From positions 248,001 to 312,000 of the forward strand of contig VJWM01000193.1 in assembly GCA_010909165.1 (NCBI GenBank): a stretch of 64,000 nucleotides of DNA, given 5' to 3'. Source of the stretch: Anthoceros angustus. Its lineage: Eukaryota > Plantae > Anthocerotophyta. The stretch's first letter is position 1. The number at the start of each line of letters is the position of its first letter. The notes below the pieces were generated by a model that saw nothing but the letters and a program-made list of their open reading frames with translations, was not told the origin of the DNA and did no database searches. Position numbers and translations under genes: made by a program. Below are positions 48,301 through 59,278 of this stretch, one piece after another.

Positions 48301-51300
48301 TTGAGGAGCTTATCTCCTTGTCGAAGGAAGAGAACCGCTGTGGTTGTGCAAGCGAGACAAGCAATCTAGTGGCAGCAAAATTGCTCTTGGTGAGCTCATG
48401 CACGCCGCTCTTGGCGCAATAATCTATGACAAGAAGGTATGGATCTTTCCACAGACTTCAACTTTATATTCTTTTCAATCGAACAAATGCGGAGTATTCT
48501 GCGGAAGAGGATGCACATGTTGCCCATGTTCGAGGCAACATCGTCTGTGTGAGGGCAGACAATCTCACAACAACAAGGAGCGTGACACCTTCAACAAGGG
48601 TTAATTTGGGAGGACTTACATGATGCCTTGCCGCATACATAGTTTGATAAGGGAAAAAGGACTCCTCAGTGGATTCCAGCTCCTTGTTACACCAGCCAAA
48701 ATGTGCCCCTTCATATCACAAAGTGCTGCGTGTGCACCAGGTTGTCCTCCTGCTATTTGCATGCCTTGGCTCTTGTTTCAATTTGCTGTCCATGCCTCTA
48801 ACGACTATTGGTTCCATGGTGATTTGCAGGGGGTTTGGATGCTATGAGTTTGTTTTCCTCCCTTGTGGGCACTATTTTCATGATGCATGCCTCTACCAAC
48901 ACATGTTGGTCACGGTGACTTGCCCCAATCCTGCTTGTTGTCTTCCAGTTCCCGCAAAGTGGCTCAAGGCTAAGGGTTGGCCATTCACAAGTACCGTCCT
49001 GCCAGACGCATGGGAACGTGATCGAGAGAGTGGACAGAGCATTACCATGGTTGCCTGCGAGACTTCCACATTATGGAGCACCGTTTGGAAGAATTGCTGG
49101 GGACTGGTGCTGCACAAGATAGTGCCCCTGTTGCCTCATAGAAGAAGGCTGTTTGGGAGTCTCCTGGTTAGTAATTGTGTAAGTTGGCTTCATGATTTGG
49201 GACAACTTTCACAAGACATTTGTGCTAACTTGGATTTTGTTTGGTCATAGCACATAAGATGCCGCCACCCCGCTTGAGGTGCTCAGCGTTCATCACACCA
49301 CCGTGGCAGCCACCATGCAGGAAGCTAATCCAGACGTCCTTGTTGGCGATGCACAACTATGTCCGGGGATACGAGGTGGTGGTTTCTGACTCAAACCCGG
49401 GTTTGAGTCCGAGTGAGGCACGCACCCAGTGGTGTAGTGTGATGCGATATTTTCCCACTCTCCGGCAGCCCGAGTGTCATGTTTGGGGTTGGCCCTCGAT
49501 GAATGGGGTGCCTCAACGTGGCAACCTCTTTGTTTGTTGGCCCCAATGTTCAAGTTCCGGAGTGAGACGGGTCACCGCTTGTGTGCCAATAATGCCTCAC
49601 TGCAAGACATGGTGGGCACACATGTGTGTTGATGTCCAGGCAAAGATGCATCTCGTGGAGTGGACAATCGGAGGAGGATACCCAAATTCTTTTACGGAGA
49701 CTCGTTGTGCAAGAGGATGAAACTTTGTTGTCGACATCGAAACCCATTGTGCAGACTACCATAGATTTTTGCCTGCCTTTGTCCACCTCAATGGAGACAT
49801 GTATGGAAGAATGTGGAAGCTGATGGATGAAGATGAACCGAGGATGAAGTGCCCAAAGATGAAGTCAAGTGCCACCGAGGATGAATTGCCCAAAGATGTG
49901 GAAATGCTCTTAGAGAGGGATTGGTAGAGAAGGAGGTGGCCACCACCAAGGACGATGAGGAAGTGGCCCCACCGAGTGGTGGTAAGGAAGTGACCACTTG
50001 TGCAAGTGATGCGGCCACTTGTGTTGGTGATGTAGTGGCCACTTGCATTGGTGGTGTAGTGGCCACTATGGGTCGCCACCGCTGACGGCAACTTGGTGAC
50101 GCAGCCACTTTTGTGGTGCACGACCACTATGAGCGCCAACGAAATTCCAAGGTTAGGTCCCAAGACCAGAAATCACCATGAAAGTACCTCCCCGAGCTCA
50201 GTCCGAACTCTTGGCCCCGCACCCACTGCTGTGGCATCGGCGGAGCTCACAGCCTCGTAGCCTAAACACATCCCCTACTACTCACCAATCCCCGTGACGG
50301 TGGACGCAGAACTCACTCCGCCTCCTCGAGCACTGAAAAGGCAAGAGCACACGGAAGCGCCAAGATGGTACTCCGGATACCTCCCTCTCAGACGCCGCCT
50401 CCTTTATATCCCCAACAACTTAATCTACCCAGACCTATGTATGTACTCAACCGGATATGCGAGAATTGCTGGCTGGATTGATTTGCTGATGGCTGGATTA
50501 TTTGCTGACGCTGCCGGGCGCGATTTTCATTTGCTGGTTGCTTTGGCCGGACATTTGCTGACGCGCTGCCGGATTTTACTCACACGCCGCTGCTGGATTT
50601 ATTTGCTGCTTACGGACCATTTGGCTGACGCCGCTGGCCGACCATTTCACGAACGCCGCCGGCCGGACGACGGTCGAATCGCCGCTGCCGGACATTGGCT
50701 GCTTTGGCCGATTACCTGCTGAACGCCGCTGGGTTTACTTCACTACGAACGCCATGGCCGGATTATTTGCCGAACGCCGCCGCTTACTTCATTTTGCTGA
50801 ACGCGGCCGTACCGGGACTAATCATTTAACGCCGCCGGACCACTGGCTCGACCGCCCCACGGACCACCCGCTTGGCCGCCGGACTACCCCGCCGACCTCA
50901 CGGGCCGGACCACTCCGTCGAACGCCGACTCCACTCCGCTTTAACCCTCACTTATTCTTAGTTCCAGGGATTGCACTAATTGGCGCAATCCGCCAAACGG
51001 CCTTATCACAATTCCTCCATCCCTCTTGAATAAAGAACGGACCAAAACAAAACAGTTTCAAACAAGCCTGTGGAGTACTGACATCGATTCTGCACCCACA
51101 GTGGAGCAAGGTTTATATGCCCAAGGAGCGGAGGAAGAACGACTCGGCGCGGCGCGGTCATATGGCTTGGTAGAGGAGGAAATCAATGGTTCTTTGAAGG
51201 ATGGGAGAAGAGGAAAGTGGAAGTACGCCTGTGTATCCCTTTCTAAGCCACCTGCTGATTGTCCTGTTTTTGGTGCTTTGAGCTTGATCCTGGGAGTAAA

Positions 51301-54300
51301 GGTGATTGCAGCTGGTCCGGAGCATGCCGCCTACAAAGGCCAATGTTTTTTCTCTGTGTGTGTGTTGGAGTCATCCATGTGCAGCCGATTGTTTGTGCCT
51401 GTGCTCAACCTTGACAGACAGAGCATCTACTATTATCCTGCATGCACTGGCGCCCTAGCAAAGGAGTGGTGGTATGCAGATGTATATGCTCTCTTTGTCT
51501 GTGACATCGTTCACAGTTCAAATTACACCTTCTTGGTGTGGCTTTTGAACTTGGTGGTGTAGCTTCAGCTTATGGTAGCTTCAAGCTTGTAGTGCGCTCA
51601 TGAGCTTTGGTGGCTGCTGGTCGCTAAGTGACTGCATGTGCGTGTGCAAGTCGTGAATGGGTAGTGCGTGTTAGATGCTTGCCCGTATAGGGTCGTCGAT
51701 GTGCTCGAATATTTTTGGTGTGCTCGAGCTTGATCCAAATGATTGTTTTTGTGTGTGAAAAGCTTTTGAACCTTGACAGACAACAAGATCTCCACTCACG
51801 CTTGAACACGTGAATACCGCCGGCCTTCAGCAACTCCCTGCCTTCAGCATTCTAGCTCTTCGCCTCAGGCCGCCTGGCCTCGTATAATACTCCCGGCCTT
51901 CTTCAAGATACCCGGCCTTCTGTGATCCCCATATGATTAGCCTGCAGGCCGGATCTCGACACCCACATCCTCCGTGTTAGACCGTAATCACGTGAATGCA
52001 CACTTGGAGCCTTGAGCCCTAGCAAGAGGTGTGGTGGGTGTGGATGCGTGATGCAGATGTGATTTAGCACTTCCTTGGTCGCGAGGAAGTGGCCCCACCG
52101 AGTGGTAAGGAAGTGACCACTTGTGCAAGTGATGCGTGGCCACTTGTGTTGGTGATGTAGTGGCCACTTGCATTGGTGGTGTAGTGGCCACTATGGGTCG
52201 TGCCACCGCTGAAGTGGCAACAGGTTGGTGACGCACACTTTTACTGGTGCACGACCACTATGAGCGGCCACCGACGAAATGGCTAGCTCGTGACCGGTAA
52301 GGAAGTGCCCACGAGTTAAGGAATTGAATCACGAAAGCTATCGGTAGACAGCACCACAACTTGAAACATCTCCTCCCGATGTGGTGAAGCCACACGACGC
52401 CGGGCCTCTGACAAACCAAGAGGCAAGTGGATCGGACCAGCACATTGAAACAAAAGAGTGCCTCCCGAGGAAACCACGTCCCAAGAAAGCAAAAGAGGTG
52501 CCTTGGTGGAAGCACCAGTCCGAATTTGTGCGCCGCATCCGGGAGACAATTTCATGGTGCGTGCAATGAAGGATAATAAGGAGAAGGTCAAGTGGTATGC
52601 ACCGAAATGCAGAGGCACTCACGACATTAATGAGCAGACGGAAGACCAGCTTGGGGTGGTGAGATTTTACGGGTGAAAAAGTGGTGAAAGGTTATTACTA
52701 TGAGCAAGTGCCCTCGACAAAAGTGCCTTTGAGCTGCTAGACGAGGGCCACGTGGTGACCCAATAATGCTTGAAGATAATCCGACCACAAAGTTTCCAAT
52801 GGTAGCTATTCAAGGCCAACAGAAGAACAAGAAGACTCACGCTGTCACTGGATATAGAGCATGGTTGGATCAATGTGGCGAACTAGGAGAGGATTGCAGC
52901 AAAGCTATCCACGACTTGTCGAGAGTGTGGAGTCCCAACTGGTGTGGAAGTGTCCAATGGGCAATTTAGCTGTGGATGCCTCCGATTGCGAGATATGGTT
53001 TTAGTTTGAGGTGAACCATGTTAAACATGCCGCTCGGCTCGGAATGTTGTGACATGGATTCAAACTATGTTGTGTGTGTGAGTTCGGTGTGATTGGCAAT
53101 TGGAATGTTGTGCGAGACCTTCACACTTGCCTTGCTTGTCTAGATGTGCATTTGGATTTGTCGATTAACCCCACACGGGTGTTAACGGTGCACTCGATAG
53201 CTACACGAGCTACATTGCCACAAAGGCTATGCCTAAAAACAGGCTGCACTCTCCTAAGAGGCGGTCCGGCATGAAAAGCACAACACAAGGCCATTTGTGA
53301 AGAGTTTTGGAAATGGCAAGCCTCGTTTAGCCGAGAGCATAAGACATCATTTTATTGAAATTGTGGTATAGTGCCATAGCATCGATTTCACAATGCGACA
53401 CTCATGCCTCTCTGCTAGAAAGTATAATGTACAAATCATCCACAATTGAGACACATTGAGTGCAAAGCAACAAGCAAAGATTCACAGCCTTGACCCGATG
53501 TATGGAATACATACGCCTCGCCAAGCATAGCACACCCATGAGCGAGAGTGTGCCACATCCCTCTTGCCGACATGCCTCCAGCCATACATGCTATATGCAA
53601 GCACGATGACAAGGAAACCGTTGCGCGAGGCGCCCCTACCACAATGTGCTCGCTTGAGTCATCCACAGGGAGGGCACCTTGTCCTCCAGGTCCATCAGCA
53701 CCACGGCGTGCGTGAAGGCTGGCATAGGGGCCAACCACTGAGCTCGCACCTTCTTCCAATGGCCGCCTTTTGGCCTGTTCCATTCGATGCAAGTACTGCG
53801 CAGCCAAGTTGAAAAGCTGTGAATCTGTCATAGCTAGATGGCTGATACTCACCTCCGGCGCAAAGAGGCGCCCTTGGCCGATTTCGCTTGAGATTCCATG
53901 TCCCTCCATCACAACAATATCATCCATTCTCCAAGGGCCATAGCTTCCATTGTGCAAAGGCGGGACCCGAGTGCACGAGGGTGCTCGTGCTCTAAAGTGG
54001 AACTAGGTAGACCGCGGCTTTAAGTTGCGGGAAGGCCGCGTGTGCATAAGGCCACCATTGAAAGGTGAGATGATTACTTCATTGAATCATGCGTGTCAGG
54101 AAAGCAAGCCTAGATGGCCAATCGGGATGGATTTTGAATTTGTGAGTGAGGCCTTGGGCATTGTAAAGTTTGCCTACGAATGGGCATGATGTCGAAAGGT
54201 GAGAAAAACTACGGACATGTATCTAATAAGATTTCTATTCAAGTCCGCTTTGATTGTGATGCTCAAGTCCTGTGTGTGTTGATGCTATGATGCAAGTCTG

Positions 54301-54460
54301 TGGTCTGAGGCTAGAACCAGCAACCCTCAAGCGGCTTCACATCCACTACCGGGAAGCTTTCACACATGCCTTCACCTCCGAGCACATTCACATGCAAAAC
54401 TAGAAGCATAGCGTGATGGAGCTTTCAACGTAAACAAGTGTTGTCGCTTTGAAGCCGAAA
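45380..54460. mobile_element. Large decayed TE-like region with internal duplications and broken ORFs; class unresolved
   Basis: gagcttgatcc-containing repeats at 46290-47480 recur at 51240-52060, and 49960-50135 recurs at 52083-52270. GC-rich cgccg/gctggatt repeats at 50460-50950. No intact transposase or RT recognised. Confidence 0.45.
48760..48955 (+). pseudogene. RING-H2-like zinc-finger relic
   Basis: FLPCGHYFHDACL...VTCPNPACCLPVP matches C-x-H-x2-H-x2-C...C-xn-C. The first Cys pair may be the frameshifted S-I-C-C near 48775-48790. Confidence 0.55.
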
Positions 54461-54466
54461 GTTTTT

Positions 54467-55289
54467 CAGACTTCAACCTACAACCTACACTACAACCTAC
54501 AACCTACAACCTGACAACCCACAACCCACAACCTGCAACCTACAACCCACAACCTACAACCTACAGCCTACAACCTACAACCACAACCTACCCCACAACC
54601 CACAACCCACAACCTACAACCTACAACCCACAACCCAACCTCACCTACATACAACCTACAACCTACAACCTATTCCCATAAACCCATAACCTTAACCTAA
54701 GTCCTATAACACACAACCTACAACCATAACCTATAACCATAAACACAATCATAACCATAACCTACAAATCCTCACTACAACCTATAACCTACAACCTCCT
54801 AAACCTATAACCTATAACTTATAACCTATCGCATAACCTACAACCTACAACTACACTTATTCAACCTATAACCTACAACCTACAACCTCCTATCCTAAAC
54901 CTATAACCTAAACCTACAACCTAAATAAACCTACAACCTACAACCTACAACTCCCATAACCTACAACTTAACCTATAACCTACAACCTACAATTACAACC
55001 TACAACTTAAACCTAAACCTACAACTACAACTACAACCTACAACCTAATCAAACTACAACCATAACCTACAACCTATAACCTACAACCTACAACCTACAA
55101 CCTACAACCTACAACCTACAACCTACAACCTACAACCTACAACCTACAACCTACAACCTACAACCTACAACCCACAACCCACAACCTACAACCTACAACC
55201 CACAACCTACAACCTACAACCTACAACCTACAACCTACAACCTACAACCTACAACCTTCAACCTTCAACCAGACTTCAACCTACAACCT
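54467..55289. repeat. Heptamer satellite (AACCTAC)n, i.e. (TTGTAGG)n, with AACCTAT/AACCCAC variants; telomere-like
   Basis: About 115 units by length, near-perfect at 55075-55255. Both ends carry cagacttcaacctacaacct. Confidence 0.9.
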
Positions 55290-56239
55290 TGCTGTCTGTA
55301 CACAAAACCTACACAAGAGCGTTATGTCTGAAAATGTCGGAAGCCTAGAAACGGCATTCTAGCCGCCTACCTAGAATTGCTTCACATGCCAACCATCAGG
55401 CAGACTGGTGCTGCCTGATGCTCACATCTAGACATTAAGCGTACAACTTGGCCACCTCTCAATCCAACTTCCCAGCCAGCAAAGAAGTTGCCGTCTTCAA
55501 CGAAATCACTTGCACCTGGAACCACATCTTGTAGTAAACTTTGCCACCAGCCTGGGCCTCCTGCTTCAATTTCTCAAACTGATTAGTCACACCCACAATG
55601 CCCTTAGCATGTGGACAACCAATCTCTTACTCGTGAGGGACTGACCATGTCACCCAGCCTCCCCTCATCGACAACAATGTCTCGATGCTCGGTAAATGCA
55701 AAAGTCACCAATGGTCAATTCTTGCCTCAAACTCCTCGTCCCTTGAACTCGTCCGACCTCGATGCATTGGATCTCGCTCGAACTGAAATTTCCTCATTGC
55801 ACTGGAGTACCGACTGAGGCACCCACTTCCACCGCATCCTTGCCAACTGGATCCTCGTGATCATCACCACACCCCCGAAAGAAAGGATAACGCTTCTTCA
55901 TTACAATTCGACAACAACAAGAAAGCCCAACTCCCAATAGGTCGGACGGGGTGTTCAGTCCAAAGGATATACTCGAGACATCCCAATGTGGAGTGGAATC
56001 ACCACACCTACTGTTGAAACCTCGATGATCCCACACCATATCCCTTCCAATTCAAACAAAGATAGTGAAAAGCGGAAAGCATCATGAGTCTCAATCCTTG
56101 ACGATGAAGGGATTGTGGGAGAAGTGGTCTCAGAGAGTTAACCAAAGGAGGTGAAGCACTCCCAAACCTCAAGAACCAGCAGGTCCCAGCGGAGGATGGG
56201 TTCCGAGCCGAAAGCCGCCGGGTTATGTGAGGCCAATGT

Positions 56240-56335
56240 GGCGCGCCGCGCGCCGTGACGGGATGAGCTGCCGCGCCGCGTGACCGGGATGAGCTGCCCG
56301 CCTGTGTGACCGGGATGAGCCCGCCGCTACCGTGA
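56240..56335. repeat. GC-rich ~26-bp tandem repeat, about three copies
   Basis: gtgac(c)gggatgagc(t)gccgc repeated. Confidence 0.75.
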
Positions 56336-56469
56336 CACTACAAAACAAAAGGTATAGTCACCGGACGCCAAAGCATGGACTTTAAGCAAAGCCCTAAACA
56401 CGAAGCTACCACACACTGCGGTGGTGAAGTGCCCAACCGCACAAAACACATGATGCGAACAAGTGTTGA

Positions 56470-57062
56470 AGTAGCCATGTAACTGCAATGTAAAACAAGC
56501 TCGGATCACATGGCAAGACAAGTACAAGAAGATACAAGTGCCCATGTAACCACGGACCGTAACCACATGGCAAGACAAGTACACCAATATACAAGTGCCC
56601 ATGTAACCACGTGTAACCACATGGCAAGACAAGTACACTAATATACAAGTGCTCATGTAACCACGGACCGTAACCACATGACAAGTACACCAATGCACAA
56701 GTGCCCATGTAACCACGGGATCAGAACTACATGGCAAGACAAGTACACCATGCCACCACATAGCAAGAGAAGTACACCATGCCACACCAATGTATAAGTG
56801 CCCATATAACCACGGAACATATCACGAGGCGTGAAAAAGTGAACCATCAGACAAGTGCCCATGTAACCATGGGAACATGCCAGACCACAAGGCAACAAGA
56901 GTGAGCCATATACAAGTGCCCATGTAACCACGGGAACATGCCAGGACCACAAGGCAAGAAGAGTGAGCCATGCACAAGTGCCCCTCTAACCACGGGAACA
57001 TACGAGGATCACATGGCAAGAAAAGTGAACAACTGTACAAGTGCACATGTAACCAACTTGAA
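56470..57062. repeat. ~60-bp tandem minisatellite, about ten copies
   Basis: acaagtgcccatgtaaccacgg...acatggcaagacaagtacacc repeated. Confidence 0.85.
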
Positions 57063-58259
57063 GGGAACATACCAGCTCTGCTATATAAAGCCATGTCCAT
57101 ACTTGTCTGCAGACTGCTTCTTGTTCAACCCTTGCAGCCTGACATGCCTCCATCCCCACCACACGTGTATGGTCAAGGAAGTTGAATTCAAGATGAACCT
57201 TCCTATGTGTGATCTCCTCCAACTTTTGCACCCCTCGTGTGCCAAAATGGCAGTACTGTGAAGAGCAAAAACCGGCACATAACGCCAGATGCATTTCATT
57301 GTTGGAAATTATCTACATGGTTCAAGGACACAACTTACCACTCGCCTATAAAGTCACAATATCTCGCTGAGCTGGAAAATGACCGTGCCCAATGCATCAA
57401 CGGCATCTCCAATTTATACATCGCACCATGCATTATTGGATCATCATTGGATACAAACAAGCTATCTTCATGGATCAAGGAAACAACGATAAGCGGAATG
57501 ATATGCCAACAACCTCCCGTCCGGCGTCAACGTGATGCCTCCACACCAAAACAACAGCTTTACTTACCACTCCACATCAAAACAACCTAAGGATCCCTAA
57601 CAGCATCATCACGATTACTCTCCTCCACAAGGGAGTCCACTACTTGCTGAGCATCTGATGATAGGTTGTATAACAACTCGTCACCATCCTGTTCATGGTG
57701 GACCATGTCAAACTTGCATAGTTTGACTAACTCAGCTGGTTGAACACTGTCTGCGTTCTCTAGAGGCAAGGTATAGACAGACCCAGGAATATTCTTCTGC
57801 AACATTGTGGTGGGAGGTTCCCGGGACCCCCGGAACCCTCAACCCTGTAGCGGCCATACTTATCCCACTGTCGGTTCGTACAGTAGGTTTTGTTCCCACG
57901 AAGGAGTGGGGGAGCCCTTCCCCGCACAGATGGAGGGTGCGCCCTTGACCGACCTCTCGACTCTCGACCTCCCGTGACAGCGCCTGAACGACTAATCGCC
58001 TCCCATCGGCGCCCGCCCGGTGACCCACACTAGGTAAGTCACACTACCCTACTTGACGCGATGACTCGTGGCTGGCAAGGACCTGGTCGCGAGAGGCGCC
58101 AGCTGCAGCGACCACTGGGACCCCTGCATCACTGCATGGACAATCCTCCCACTAGCGCAAATCCTACACTTCCTAAGACCCTTCTCTTGACAAATTTGGG
58201 GCCTCCTCCTCAAGCTCTTGTCACAGCCCGTGAAATTTCACCTCCTCCTCTTTTCTAGA

Positions 58260-58501
58260 TTGCTCTCACACTTTTCTTCCTCCTCTCTTCTCTTTTTGTC
58301 TTTTTCTCTTTTCTCTCTTGCTCCTTCCTTCTTCTCTCTAGCTCCCTATCCTCTCTAGCTCCTCTCTCGTCCTCTCTCGCTCTCTCTCGCCTCTCTCTCT
58401 TTCTCTTTCTCTTCTCTTCTCTTTCTCTTTCTCTTTCTCTTCTCTTTCTCTTTCTCTCTTTCTCTTTCTCTTTCTCTTTCTTTTCTTTTCTCTTTCTCTT
58501 T

Positions 58502-58532
<31 letters not shown>

Positions 58533-58640
58533 TTCTCTTTCTCTTTCTCTTTCTCTTTCTCTTCTTTCTCTTTCTCTTTCTCTTTCTCTTTCTCTTTCTT
58601 TTCTCTCTTTTCTCCTCTCTTCTCTCTCTTCTCTAATCTA
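58260..58640. repeat. CT-rich polypyrimidine microsatellite (TTTCTC)n
   Basis: Directly visible. Confidence 0.95.
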
Positions 58641-59278
58641 CCTCTTCCACTCTTCCTAGCTAACTATCAGCCTTGGGCGCCCTCCTGGCCCCCCACCAGC
58701 TGCCTCAAATCATAGGGCAGTGCCCTCACGGTCCTAGGCCAGACATTTGGCTGCAGGCGACCTCTCGCGTGCTGGAATTTACTAGGGACCTCCCCTCACC
58801 AGCCTGACGCACCGTCGCTGCAATCACAATGCCACTCCCTCACCGCTCAAACACTCCCCAGCTGCTACCTCGGGCGGGGTAGGTGGGGTTTGCTTACGGT
58901 TTTTAAGTAGGTGGCCTCTTAAAAGGTTCTTAACCTACCTCCTAACAATGCCACTAACCCCCTATGGGTCTTGATGACCCCTTCACTCCCCTACCAACTA
59001 TTTTCCTACTTCTGCGTTGGGCTGGCCAGCGCCGCCACCGCCTTCCTCCTCTTCTTTGAACATTCCCGTCCGGATCGCCTCTCCCGTCAGCCGTGAGCCT
59101 TCACGTCTGTCTGGCGTCGGGCCTGATGAAGGCTGGGCGTCAGCCCCTCTTGCGGCGTTCTTGCAGGCACCGGCCTCTCTGTAACTGTCGCACACCGTGG
59201 TACTTCAAGGCGGTTGGGTGTTGGTGCAACTCCTGTCCTGCCGCCAAACACCCCCACCAACCCTACCGGCTGGCTGGA

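Noticed and set aside
53400-54300. Possible 2OG-Fe(II) dioxygenase (JmjC/TET-like) relic on the minus strand (DLEDKVPSLW, WHTLAHG)
   Set aside because: No properly spaced HxD...H triad can be assembled in one frame, so the resemblance is too weak without an HMM search.
56327-57100. Cys/His-rich repetitive ORFs
   Set aside because: They are translations of the ~60-bp minisatellite in several frames.
57240-57805. Ulp1-like protease relic (HIIPLIVV...DSL) on the minus strand
   Set aside because: Only a loose motif resemblance, with several stops and no catalytic QxNxxDCG.
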